From Desulfobulbaceae bacterium (lineage in GTDB: Bacteria; Desulfobacterota; Desulfobulbia; Desulfobulbales; Desulfocapsaceae), in NCBI GenBank assembly GCA_008933635.1, contig WBUQ01000004.1, positions 29,261-93,260 of the forward strand: DNA of 64,000 nucleotides, in the 5' to 3' direction. Made by a program: the position numbers and the translations under genes. Shown piece by piece: positions 19,335 through 29,270 of the stretch. Below the pieces are notes generated by a model. The model searched no databases. It had not been told where the DNA came from and worked only from the letters and a program-made list of their open reading frames with translations. Position 1 is the first letter of the stretch, and each line of letters opens with the position of its first letter.

Positions 19335-19416
19335 TTATTCACAGAGGCCTTGCGCCGATACCCCTTTTCCGGCGTCAAATAGACCTCTTAGTCCCATATC
19401 CCACACGTTATCAACA
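19335..19416 (+). promoter_or_regulatory. Two DnaA-box-like 9-mers upstream of dnaA
   Basis: TTATTCACA (19335-19343) and TTATCAACA (19408-19416), each one mismatch from TTATCCACA. An AT-rich stretch follows at 19420-19520. Confidence 0.3.
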
Positions 19417-19734
19417 GTTTCAGAAAATCATTCAACTCCATTTTTCTTAATATCAATGCCGATTACTGAATATTACGCCATATTTCTCCTCAACCGTGAT
19501 GAAAATGCCTATTTTCAACCGCTCACGGCTGCAACGAATCTTTAACCCTTTCATCATTTTTTCTGAATGCCACGGCAACATCCCGAACTCCTCCGCCAAA
19601 CTCCTCCATCACCGCCTTCCTCCAGCCCAGCGGACGGGAAGCCGCCCATGCCGCACGCTGAAACACCGGTATCGCTTGCAAGACCGGACGACATAAGTTT
19701 GTCGACAACTCCGAATCATTTCTTGCATCAGGGT

Positions 19735-20457
19735 TTATCTTTTCACGATAACTCTCGCCAGCGTAAGCACCCACACCTCCTTCGCACCGCAATCCATCAG
19801 GATTTTCGCACATTCCGCCGCAGTTGTGCCGGTTGTAAAGACATCATCCACCAGGCAGATCCTCCTTCCCTTGACACAGGCTCTCTTTTGGACCTGGAAA
19901 GCGGAACGGAGATTATTACGTCGAGCTGATCCGCTCAGTGCCGTCTGGGACATGGTATCCCGTACCCGCGTCAGTATGTCTGTGCGGATAGACTCTGCCC
20001 GGTATGGAAAAAACTGGTGGGCCAGGATCTCTGCCTGGTTCAGCCCTCGGGCCTTCAATCGTTTGATAAAGAGCGGGACCGGCACGATCAGGTCGGCGGT
20101 GGCCATGTCATGGATGCCAGAATGGGCGATGATATGGCGAATGGCAGGGAGGACAGTCGTGTCCCCATGGTATTTCAGACGGTGGAGGAGCAGGCGCGCC
20201 GGTTGATCATAGCGGATACATGATCTGGCCCGGCGGTATGGAGGGGGGTGGCGCAGACACGCACCGCAATAATGAGTATGAACCGGGTTTCCAGTCACTA
20301 CGGTGCCGCAGGTGGTGCACCAGGGCGGTTTGAGATAATCGATCCGCTGCCAGCACTGCCGGCACAGGCAATCAGGTATCGTCTGAACAGTGGAGACACC
20401 GCAGAGGATACAACGCGGTGGAAACAGCAGGTCAAGGGCTGCCTTGAACCAATCCAT
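19735..20457 (-). CDS. comF: ComF family phosphoribosyltransferase-domain protein
   Basis: N-terminal Cys pairs (PPRCILCG, CxxC) and a C-terminal PRTase motif ICLVDDVFTTGTT. The ORF-track start at 20487 is TTG. ATG 20457 gives MDWFKAALDLLFPPRC. Confidence 0.8.
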   Translation of the reverse strand: MDWFKAALDLLFPPRCILCGVSTVQTIPDCLCRQCWQRIDYLKPPWCTTCGTVVTGNPVHTHYCGACLRHPPPYRRARSCIRYDQPARLLLHRLKYHGDTTVLPAIRHIIAHSGIHDMATADLIVPVPLFIKRLKARGLNQAEILAHQFFPYRAESIRTDILTRVRDTMSQTALSGSARRNNLRSAFQVQKRACVKGRRICLVDDVFTTGTTAAECAKILMDCGAKEVWVLTLARVIVKR

Positions 20458-20601
20458 TCGACGACAGCAGATCAAGACTGGCGGCAATCATATCTGCTTC
20501 CAGAATATGGCATGTTTTCATTCGATTCCTCGCACATCCTGTGTCCCTCAAAAGGAGTGCATCGCGAACCTGATCATTTTCATACAATTCATTTGCTCTC
20601 T

Positions 20602-20629
20602 TTGCATTTCCCGCCAAACATGGCATAAT
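20602..20629 (+). promoter_or_regulatory. Candidate sigma70 promoter for bamA
   Basis: TTGCAT (20602-20607), 16 nt, then CATAAT (20624-20629). This places the ORF-track ATG 20628 inside the -10 element and favours start 20763. Confidence 0.3.
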
Positions 20630-20762
20630 GAGCGCGGCTATGCACCGGGATACAACACTAGACGCAATATCAGCTCGTTATGACATTCTCCTTACGACCT
20701 CCGGTGCTACGATGCGCGACCGTATTCTCCAGGACACTATACCAACAGAAAGGAACGCTCCC

Positions 20763-23453
20763 ATGGCTGACACCGGAATAAACCTGCCTCATGCCCGACG
20801 TATTCATCCTTTGCCTCTCCTCCAGTTCCTCCTCTGTGCTGTCACAGCGCTTGTTCTGACGACAACGGTCCATTCTGCCGAACAAAACACCGCTTTCCTG
20901 CCGTTGAAAATCAACAGCCAGCAAAATGCCGACAAGCTGGCAAAACAGGCGGACATTTATTTGGATGAAGCTTTGGTCAGCAACGGTCAGACCATGCTGA
21001 ACCGGGAAAAGGCTGCGGAAATCGTCGATTTTGCAAAAGGCTGGCCTCCTCCGATCCCGCAGATGCAGAAAGTGGCCGAGAGTACCGGATTTGACAATGT
21101 CGCCGCCGGCAGCCTGACGTTCGTCGGCAATCAGATCAGTATCGATTTCAAGGTCTTCGACCTGCTGACACCGAGTACCCCGCGTTACTATTTCAAAGAC
21201 GGCCTGACACTTGAAACCCTGCGTGACGGCATTGCCACCGTCATTGGCGATATCATGCTCTATTCCGGCAAGGATCTGCGTATCGCCACCATTGCACCGG
21301 AAGGAAACAAGCGCATCGATTCAGGGGCAATACTGCGTAAGATCAAGAGTAAGGTCGGTGACATCTACAGCCCTTCAACCCTGCGGGAAGATTTGAAATC
21401 GATTTATTCCATGGGATATTTCAACGATGTGCAGATCAATGTCCAGGAAGATGAGAAAGGCAAGCATATCGTCTTCAAGGTGGTCGAGAAACCGGTAGTC
21501 GCCTCTCTGATTTTTGAAGGTATTGACGAGTTGAAGGAAGAAGACGTCAAAGGCGCAGCCAACATCAAGGAACACTTCATCCTCAACCCTGCAAAAATCA
21601 ATGCTGCTGTCGAAGCTATCCAGGAACTTTACAAATCCAAAGGTTACTACAACACCCAGGTTAAATCGGAAACAACATTTCCCAGTGACGAAGGAGCCGT
21701 TGTCCGTTTCATCATCGATGAAGGAGAAAAGATCTACATAAAGAAGATCGATTTCGAGGGCAACACCACATTTGACGACGACGAACTCGCTGATGAGATC
21801 AAGACCAGCGAGAAAGGATTTTTCAGCTGGCTGACGGCGTCAGGTACCTTGAAGATGGATGAAGTCAAACAGGATGTGGGTCGCATTGTCGCCTTTTACA
21901 ACAACCACGGTTTCCTCGAGGCACGAATTTCGGAGCCGACGATCCGCCAGGAAGAGGAATGGCTCTACCTCACCTTCATGGTCGACGAAGGCCAACGTTT
22001 CAAGGTCGGAACCATCGATGTGACCGGGGAACTGATCTCCGACAAGGAAGACCTGCTCAAACTGCTCATCATAAGGAACGAGGAATACCTGAGCAAACAG
22101 ATCATGCGTGAGGACATCCTGAAGATAACCGATTTTTATGCTGAAAAAGGATATGCCTTCGCAATAGTCAAGCCCAATATTAAAAAATCAGAATCAGGTA
22201 CACGTCTTGATGTCATTTTTGATATCGAAAAGGGTGACCTGGTGTATATCGACCGGATAACCATCAAGGGTAATACCAGAACCCGAGACAATGTCATCCG
22301 CCGCGAACTGAAAGTGGCTGAGGGCGGCATCTTCGATTCCAAGGCCCTCCGGGAGAGCACCCAGGCCCTGCAGCGCCTCGAATTCTTTGAGGAAGTCAAT
22401 ATTACTCCTGAGCCTTCTCTTGATCCGACCCGGATGAACATCGTCATCGAGGTCAAGGAAAAAAGCACCGGCACTTTCAGTATCGGCGCCGGCTACAGCA
22501 CGGTTGACGACCTTATCCTGATGGGCGAGATTTCCGAGAACAATTTTCTTGGCCGCGGAGACAAGCTGTCGCTTGCTGCCAACATCGGCGGATCGAGTTC
22601 ATATTACAATCTCGGCTACACCAACCCTCACCTCAATGACTCGGAACTCTCCTGGGGGCTTGACGTCTTCGATACCGAACGGGAATACGACGACTACACC
22701 AAGGAATCCACAGGTGGAGACCTCCGCATCGGTTACCCGCTCTGGGAAAAATGGCGTATGGTGGGCATGTACAGTTATACCGATACCACCCTGAGCGATG
22801 TGTCGGAAAACGCATCTTACATTATTCGCAATTCGATCGATCTGAATATTACCAGCTCCATCAAGTTTTCCTTTGTCCGTGACAGTCGCGACCGGGTTTT
22901 CAGCCCGTCGACAGGTTCCTACAACCTCATGAGTGCCGAATATGCCGGCGGTCCTTTTGGCGGCGATGCGGAATTCACCAAACTGGAAGCCACCACCAGC
23001 TGGTACTTCCCGATGGTATGGAAAACCGTGTTCCATGCCAAGGGCGCCGCCGGTCAGGTATTTGAGAACGAAACGGACAAGCTGCCGGTGTATGAACGTT
23101 TCTATCTTGGCGGAATCAGGACCGTCCGCGGTTTTGACTACGGTGATATCAGCCCGATTGATCCGACGACGGGCGAACGCATCGGTGGCGACAAGATGTG
23201 GTATACCAACCTGGAAATACTCTTCCCAATTGCAGAAAGCCAGGGCGTCCGGGGACTGTTCTTCTTTGACGCCGGCCGGGTCTTTGACGACGAAGAGGAC
23301 TGGGCGGTCGAAGATTCCCGGCAATCCGTGGGTGTCGGCCTGAACTGGCTCTCGCCGATGGGCCCCCTTGTTGTGGTCTGGGGGTATAACCTCGACCCAC
23401 TCGAGGATGAAGACGATTCCGTCTGGGATTTCACCGTCGGCGGAACGTTCTAA
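20763..23453 (+). CDS. bamA: Outer membrane protein assembly factor BamA
   Basis: 896 aa. Signal peptide ...ALVLTTTVHSAEQ, POTRA repeats, and a C-terminal beta-barrel ending ...WDFTVGGTF. AAAGGAA lies 9 nt upstream of ATG 20763. Confidence 0.9.
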   Translation: MADTGINLPHARRIHPLPLLQFLLCAVTALVLTTTVHSAEQNTAFLPLKINSQQNADKLAKQADIYLDEALVSNGQTMLNREKAAEIVDFAKGWPPPIPQMQKVAESTGFDNVAAGSLTFVGNQISIDFKVFDLLTPSTPRYYFKDGLTLETLRDGIATVIGDIMLYSGKDLRIATIAPEGNKRIDSGAILRKIKSKVGDIYSPSTLREDLKSIYSMGYFNDVQINVQEDEKGKHIVFKVVEKPVVASLIFEGIDELKEEDVKGAANIKEHFILNPAKINAAVEAIQELYKSKGYYNTQVKSETTFPSDEGAVVRFIIDEGEKIYIKKIDFEGNTTFDDDELADEIKTSEKGFFSWLTASGTLKMDEVKQDVGRIVAFYNNHGFLEARISEPTIRQEEEWLYLTFMVDEGQRFKVGTIDVTGELISDKEDLLKLLIIRNEEYLSKQIMREDILKITDFYAEKGYAFAIVKPNIKKSESGTRLDVIFDIEKGDLVYIDRITIKGNTRTRDNVIRRELKVAEGGIFDSKALRESTQALQRLEFFEEVNITPEPSLDPTRMNIVIEVKEKSTGTFSIGAGYSTVDDLILMGEISENNFLGRGDKLSLAANIGGSSSYYNLGYTNPHLNDSELSWGLDVFDTEREYDDYTKESTGGDLRIGYPLWEKWRMVGMYSYTDTTLSDVSENASYIIRNSIDLNITSSIKFSFVRDSRDRVFSPSTGSYNLMSAEYAGGPFGGDAEFTKLEATTSWYFPMVWKTVFHAKGAAGQVFENETDKLPVYERFYLGGIRTVRGFDYGDISPIDPTTGERIGGDKMWYTNLEILFPIAESQGVRGLFFFDAGRVFDDEEDWAVEDSRQSVGVGLNWLSPMGPLVVVWGYNLDPLEDEDDSVWDFTVGGTF

Positions 23454-23484
23454 CATCCTGTTATCAACATCCGTTATTCTGTCG

Positions 23485-23520
23485 CCGGTTGCTCTCCATG
23501 GAGCAACCGGTGTTTTTTTT
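23485..23520 (+). terminator. Intrinsic terminator after bamA
   Basis: Perfect 10-bp stem CCGGTTGCTC (23485-23494) with GAGCAACCGG (23501-23510), followed by TGTTTTTTTT. Confidence 0.75.
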
Positions 23521-23522
23521 CA

Positions 23523-26500
23523 ATGCACACAAATATCATTCAGTTCCTTCAACCGCCAGAAAAAGTTCAGATCAGCGGCCTCCATGGGTCGAGTCCGGCA
23601 TGGCTCAGCACGCTTCTCGCAGAAAAGGGACATTGTTGCTGCATCGTTCCTGATGAACAGATGGTTGCGCCATTTGAACAGGACATCAAGCTCTTCACCA
23701 CGAAAAGGGTCATCAGTTATCCTGCTCACGAGATCCCGCCGTATACTCCCCTTATTCCAGACCAGCAGACCACCGCCCTCCGGATCTCAACCCTGTATCA
23801 GATCGCAGACAGCAGCGATCCGCTGATCGTCGTCACCTCCATTGAGGCGCTGATGCGAAAGGTGATGCCAAGGGGACTGCTCACACGGATCCCCGAATTG
23901 GTACTCTCCGGCGAGGACTGCGATATCCCCTCGCTGATCGAGAGCCTGGTGACAATGGGTTACGAACAGGTCGCTCTTGTGCAGGCAGTCGGTGATTTCT
24001 CTCTCCGGGGAGGCATCCTCGACATCTATCCTCCCCCGTTTCCGCTAGATGGCCAGCGCCTCCACGACGGGCCGCTTCGCCTGGATTTCTTTGGTGATAC
24101 CATTGATTCCCTGCGTGCGTTCGATCCCTTGACCCAACGTTCGATCATGGAAATTGCCGAAGCAATTATCCTGCCGGTCAGCGATATTGTCTTTCCTCGG
24201 CCAGGCAAAATTGCCTCCGTTCAATTGAAAAACTCCTTCCAGACCTGTGGAGACTCCTGCGGCTGGGACAAGGACGCAACTTCGCGCCTGATAGACCAGG
24301 CGGCAAACGGCCGGCGCTTCGCCGGCATGCAGTTCTTTCTCCCGCTCTTCTATCCCGGAGAATCCAACGGCAGTTCCGCAGTCCTCGATTTCTTCCCATC
24401 CGAAACAACGCTGCTCCTCATCAAGCCTGAGTCGATCCGTCAGAACATGAACCTGATCGAGGAACGCATCCACAGCAACTTTGCGGCGACCCGTGCAGCA
24501 GGCCGGCCTGCAATGCCCCCGGAATCCCTCTTCCTGGACACCACCGCCACGCAAAGGATGATGGAAGGATTCAATCAGGCCTACTGCAGCGATTTCGAAC
24601 ACAATGAGATCAGGCGCATCGAACTGGCAACGATCAGCCATCTGCCACTCAAGCAGGACATCACCCTCCAGCGCCGCGACCACGGCATCCTGACCCCGCT
24701 CTCCAGGCAGATCAGCGACTGGCAACAGGAAGGAGACAGGATCATCCTCTGTTGCCGATCCAGCCGCCACCTCAACAACCTGAGAGACCTCCTGACGCGA
24801 CACCACCACCAGACAGAGGAGATCGCCCCTCCCGTTTATCTTGATGACGGCGGCATCGGCCGTTCCGACAACTCTGTCCTCCTTTGTCATCATCCCCTAA
24901 ACGAAGGCTTTTCCATTCCCGACCTCAAGACCCATCTGCTGTCGGAAATCGAACTCTTTGGTGAAATGCGCCTTGGGAAGAAACGAAAAGGATACAAAGG
25001 CGGTGAACCGGTACGTTTCACTGAATTGAATGACGGCGACATCGTCGTCCATCGCGACCACGGCCTCGGGGTCTACCAGGGATTGGTCACAATGCAGTTC
25101 CAGGGCATAGCCAACGACTTCATCCATATAGAGTATCGTGATGGCGACCGGCTGTATGTTCCCGTAGACCGGCTCAACCTCATCACTCGATACGAGGGTT
25201 TGTCCGACCAGTCTCCGAAAATCGACAAGCTCGGTACGCAGAACTGGAAAGCCACCACGTCCAAGGTTAAGGAAGAGGTATGGAAGATAGCCCAGGAACT
25301 GCTTGATATTTACGCCACCAGGGAACTCCGCCAGGGTCTGCAGTTTTCGCCGCCGGCCGAACTGTTCCACGAACTCGAGGAATCCTTCCCCTATGACGAA
25401 ACCCCCGGGCAGGATAAGGCCATCACCGAGGTCATTGATGACCTGATCTCCGACAAGCCGATGGACCGGCTCATCTGTGGCGACGTCGGATACGGCAAAA
25501 CCGAAGTGGCTGTGCGGGCCGCTTTCAAGGTCGTGGAAGACGGCCTGCAGGTAGCTCTGCTGGTTCCAACCACCGTGCTCGCCGAGCAGCACGCTAAAAC
25601 CTTCCGCGAACGTTTGCAGGGTTTTCCGGTCAGAATCGAATGCATCAACCGCTTCCGAACGGCTGGCGAGCAGAAAAAGATCGTCAAGGAACTGGCCGAT
25701 GGAAGTATCGATATCCTTATCGGCACCCATCGGCTGCTTTCAAAAGATGTGGTCTTCAGGAATCTTGGCCTGCTGATTGTTGACGAGGAACATCGATTCG
25801 GCGTCGCCCACAAGGAGAAAATCAAGAAGATCAGGGCCGAGGTCGACGTCCTGACCCTCACCGCCACTCCAATCCCGCGCACCCTGCAGATGTCGCTGCT
25901 CGGTATCCGCGACCTCTCGGTCATCTCGAGTCCGCCGGAACACAGGCTGCCGGTCAAGACCTTCGTCTCCCAATATGACGACCTGGTGATCAAGGAAGCC
26001 GTTACCAAGGAGATGCGCCGCAACGGCCAGGTCTTTTTCGTCCACAACCGGGTCCGATCTATCCATCAGGTCGCCGCCAACATCAGAAAACTGGTTCCAG
26101 GCGCCCGAGTTGCTGTCGCGCATGGCCAGATGGCCGGCAAGGAACTCGAGGACATCATGGTAGCTTTCGTCAACCGTGAGACCGATGTGCTGATCTGTAC
26201 AACAATTATCGAATCAGGCCTCGATATTCCATCCGCCAATACCATCATCATCAATCGCGCCGACCAACTCGGTCTCGCCGAAATTTACCAGCTGCGGGGC
26301 CGGGTCGGACGTTCCAGCCTGCAGTCATACGCCTATCTGCTGGTGCCATCCCTCGACAGCCTGACAAAAGATTCGCGCGATCGTCTCCAGGCCCTGATGG
26401 ACTGCGGCGAACTCGGCGGCGGTTTCCGCCTTGCGATGAGCGACCTGCAGATCAGAGGTGGCGGCAACCTCCTCGGGGTTTCGCAAAGCGGTCATATCGC

Positions 26501-27077
26501 CGCCATCGGCTACGATCTTTACCTCGACCTACTGCAGAAGACGGTCGCCGACCTCAAGGCGAGCGCCAACCAGCAAGGTCAGACTCGACCTGCCGAGGAG
26601 CTGGATCCGGAGATCAATCTCCATATCTCCGCCTATATCCCTGAGAAGTACATGCCGGATATCAGCCAGCGGTATATCACCTACCGCCGCATCGCCGCAC
26701 TCACCTCGTCTTCTCCGGAGATGCACGGTGAGCTGCGCGATGAGCTGATCGACCGCTACGGCCCGCTGCCGCAGGAAACAGTCAACCTTTTCCGGGTCGT
26801 GGCCCTTAAGACCGACCTGATCGCCCTGCGGATCCACAAACTGGAGCGCGGTACAGACAGTCTGGTATTTTCTTTTTCAGAAGACACCCCGCTGTCACCA
26901 GACAAGCTACTAGAATATCTGAATAAACTTCCAACCGGCAAAAAATCGGTACGGGCAAAGCTGACTCCGGACGGGCGACTGGTCGTAAATGGCCTCTCTC
27001 TCGCCGCAGACAGTCTTTTCGAAGCGATCACCCGAATCCTCAACGACCTGCGGGAGATGTGCCATGGCAAGCCCTGA
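23523..27077 (+). CDS. mfd: Transcription-repair coupling factor Mfd
   Basis: 1184 aa. CarD-like region, DEAD/H helicase motifs (GDVGYGKTEVA, DEEHRFG) and a TRCF C-terminal domain. Confidence 0.95.
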   Translation: MHTNIIQFLQPPEKVQISGLHGSSPAWLSTLLAEKGHCCCIVPDEQMVAPFEQDIKLFTTKRVISYPAHEIPPYTPLIPDQQTTALRISTLYQIADSSDPLIVVTSIEALMRKVMPRGLLTRIPELVLSGEDCDIPSLIESLVTMGYEQVALVQAVGDFSLRGGILDIYPPPFPLDGQRLHDGPLRLDFFGDTIDSLRAFDPLTQRSIMEIAEAIILPVSDIVFPRPGKIASVQLKNSFQTCGDSCGWDKDATSRLIDQAANGRRFAGMQFFLPLFYPGESNGSSAVLDFFPSETTLLLIKPESIRQNMNLIEERIHSNFAATRAAGRPAMPPESLFLDTTATQRMMEGFNQAYCSDFEHNEIRRIELATISHLPLKQDITLQRRDHGILTPLSRQISDWQQEGDRIILCCRSSRHLNNLRDLLTRHHHQTEEIAPPVYLDDGGIGRSDNSVLLCHHPLNEGFSIPDLKTHLLSEIELFGEMRLGKKRKGYKGGEPVRFTELNDGDIVVHRDHGLGVYQGLVTMQFQGIANDFIHIEYRDGDRLYVPVDRLNLITRYEGLSDQSPKIDKLGTQNWKATTSKVKEEVWKIAQELLDIYATRELRQGLQFSPPAELFHELEESFPYDETPGQDKAITEVIDDLISDKPMDRLICGDVGYGKTEVAVRAAFKVVEDGLQVALLVPTTVLAEQHAKTFRERLQGFPVRIECINRFRTAGEQKKIVKELADGSIDILIGTHRLLSKDVVFRNLGLLIVDEEHRFGVAHKEKIKKIRAEVDVLTLTATPIPRTLQMSLLGIRDLSVISSPPEHRLPVKTFVSQYDDLVIKEAVTKEMRRNGQVFFVHNRVRSIHQVAANIRKLVPGARVAVAHGQMAGKELEDIMVAFVNRETDVLICTTIIESGLDIPSANTIIINRADQLGLAEIYQLRGRVGRSSLQSYAYLLVPSLDSLTKDSRDRLQALMDCGELGGGFRLAMSDLQIRGGGNLLGVSQSGHIAAIGYDLYLDLLQKTVADLKASANQQGQTRPAEELDPEINLHISAYIPEKYMPDISQRYITYRRIAALTSSSPEMHGELRDELIDRYGPLPQETVNLFRVVALKTDLIALRIHKLERGTDSLVFSFSEDTPLSPDKLLEYLNKLPTGKKSVRAKLTPDGRLVVNGLSLAADSLFEAITRILNDLREMCHGKP

Positions 27078-27747
27078 ACCCCGGCAGATCAGACCATCTT
27101 TTTCCTGGGACGATATCGACTGTGTCCTGCTGGACATGGACGGCACCCTGTTGGACAAGTATTTTGACGATTATTTCTGGGAACACTACGTGCCCGAAGT
27201 CTTCGCAAAGATCAATTCCCTCAGCCCGGATCAGGCCAGGCAACAGCTTCTCTCCCGTTACCGCAAGGTTGAGGCTACCTTGCAGTGGACCGACCTGGAT
27301 TACTGGTCCGGGCAGCTCGGTCTCGACATCCCCGAACTCAAGTGCCGGATCGATCACCTGATCCAGGTTCACCCGCATGTCATCGATTTTCTATCATTTC
27401 TCGACAGGAAGAACAAGCAGATCCATCTCGTCACCAACGCCCACTCGAAAACCCTGGCGATCAAGTTGCGCAAAACCAGGATCGGTCCCTATTTTACCGG
27501 CATTATCTGTTCGGAAGTGGTGGGAGAAGCAAAGGAACAGCCAGTGTTCTGGGAAAAACTCGAAAGGATCATCGGTTTTGACAGGAGCAGGACCCTGCTT
27601 GCAGACGACACGACCGTGGTGCTCGCAGCAGCGAGGGAGTACGGCATCGCCCACCTGGTCCATATCGCCAGACCCAGTTCACGCAAACCGATATGTTATT
27701 CCGCTGAATTCCCTTCGATTGCCTATTTCAGCGAACTCATCCTCTGA
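27064..27747 (+). CDS. HAD-superfamily hydrolase (YrfG-like nucleotidase type)
   Basis: VLLDMDGTLLD motif I, VTNAH motif II and LADD motif IV. The start overlaps the mfd end by 14 nt. Confidence 0.8.
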   Translation: MASPEPRQIRPSFSWDDIDCVLLDMDGTLLDKYFDDYFWEHYVPEVFAKINSLSPDQARQQLLSRYRKVEATLQWTDLDYWSGQLGLDIPELKCRIDHLIQVHPHVIDFLSFLDRKNKQIHLVTNAHSKTLAIKLRKTRIGPYFTGIICSEVVGEAKEQPVFWEKLERIIGFDRSRTLLADDTTVVLAAAREYGIAHLVHIARPSSRKPICYSAEFPSIAYFSELIL

Positions 27748-27863
27748 ATCATCTTCCTTCCCGTGTCCCTAACAGGCACTGTATGATGAGCAGGGAGACG
27801 GTTGGCGATGCGCTGTCACGTCACCGCCCCGAAGAACCGTCCACTTCTGCGATCTGCCGGTAA

Positions 27864-28472
27864 TCAGGCAATAAGGACCAGACCGGCGACCCAGCTGGTT
27901 CCGGCTTCCCCCCTGACAGCCGGCCCGTTCTTCGCAACCCCGCCAAACCCTGCCATTTCCAGTGTCTTTGCCACATTAACCCCGAATCCGGACATCGATG
28001 GCCGCGCAAATTCCGGATTCCGGCAGTGACCGCCTCCGGCTAGAACCTGGCAATCAGCATGGTTGAGGCAAAACAGATCCTTGCATGAACCGCCGGCAAA
28101 CGCCTTCGATTCTCGGTAACCGAGCCGCACAGCCGATCGTTCGATTCCGGCCACGACCTCGTGCAGCAGTCGCATCACCTCCCGCCTTTCTTCCGAGAAC
28201 AGGACTGCAGACGGCACCTCGATCCTGACCACCAGCGCCAAACTGCTTCTTCCCAGTAATGCCTTGAATGCCTCCGGGCCGGCTACATGGGGAGGGCAAC
28301 TGGGTGACATCCCGTAGTTGGGGCACCCCGGCTCCCGGCAGTAACTGGCCATCTGGGCATCGACTACGATTTCTCGAGGCGGCAGCTTCCTGACCTCAGT
28401 TGCACCGGCAAGGCATGCATCCCTGATCAGCACTGCGATATGCCGCTCAAATTCAACTTCCAGCAGGGCCAT
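27864..28472 (-). CDS. DUF2284 metal-binding protein
   Basis: CREPGCPNYGMSPSCPP and a later CxxxxC pattern typical of DUF2284. Confidence 0.65.
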   Translation of the reverse strand: MALLEVEFERHIAVLIRDACLAGATEVRKLPPREIVVDAQMASYCREPGCPNYGMSPSCPPHVAGPEAFKALLGRSSLALVVRIEVPSAVLFSEERREVMRLLHEVVAGIERSAVRLGYRESKAFAGGSCKDLFCLNHADCQVLAGGGHCRNPEFARPSMSGFGVNVAKTLEMAGFGGVAKNGPAVRGEAGTSWVAGLVLIA

Positions 28473-28528
28473 ACACCATCCTCATCCAGAAATGATCCAG
28501 CACTCTCCCGTCGCTTCACCGATGACAA

Positions 28529-29218
28529 TCACAGCAGCAGATCCGGGGTCTTCGGCAGGTTTTCCAGATACCACTGCATCGGGTCGAAAAGCTGGAAACC
28601 GGCATCGAGAAGCCGTTGTTTAACGCCGGCAACATTATTGGTCAGGAGGTAGGGAAAAACCGCCTTCTTATCGACGTCCCAGGTTCGTGAAACCAGGACG
28701 CTGCCCAGCAGGATTTTTTCCTCTGTGATGATGTCGACGATCTTCTTCAGCTGGCCGCGCTCTTCCTTGGCCAGGATGCAGAGCAGCGTCCCCGGCTCAC
28801 CGATTCCCATTACATTGACAAAGGAATTCAGGAGATCCCGGGTTGACAGGATTCCCTTCAGGTAGCCGTTCTCATCAATGACCGGCAATGCTCCGACCCG
28901 CTTCTGCCGCATCACCAGCAAGGTATCCTGTATCGTGTAGTAGACTGATATGGTCAGCGGATTTTCGGTCATGATCTCATCGACCCGGTGCTCCATCACC
29001 CGCTCCAGCACTCTGGCATATTCTTCCTTGCCAAGCAGTGAGGATGGCATCGCAGACCTCATGTCGCGGTCAGAGACAATGCCGACCAGCAGACCCTCAT
29101 CATCAACCACCGGCAGGTGCCTGACGTTATGCTCGACCATCAGCTGTCTCGCCACCGCCAGCCGGGTTTCGGGTTTTACCGTAATCACATTTTTCGCCAT
29201 TCGCTCGCTTACAAACAT
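28529..29218 (-). CDS. CBS-domain pair protein (AcuB-like)
   Basis: Two CBS motifs (HNVRHLPVVDDEGLLVGIVSDRDM and RVGALPVIDENGYLKGILSTRDL) plus an ACT-like tail. Confidence 0.8.
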   Translation of the reverse strand: MFVSERMAKNVITVKPETRLAVARQLMVEHNVRHLPVVDDEGLLVGIVSDRDMRSAMPSSLLGKEEYARVLERVMEHRVDEIMTENPLTISVYYTIQDTLLVMRQKRVGALPVIDENGYLKGILSTRDLLNSFVNVMGIGEPGTLLCILAKEERGQLKKIVDIITEEKILLGSVLVSRTWDVDKKAVFPYLLTNNVAGVKQRLLDAGFQLFDPMQWYLENLPKTPDLLL

Positions 29219-29270
29219 TTGATTTACCTCCTGTTTTTGTGAAGAGTCAGCCGATTTCGGCGAAAAACAC

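Noticed and set aside
20628-20762. ORF-track start of bamA at 20628 (45 extra N-terminal residues)
   Set aside because: That ATG lies inside the candidate -10 element and has no SD. ATG 20763 has AAAGGAA upstream and begins a proper signal peptide.
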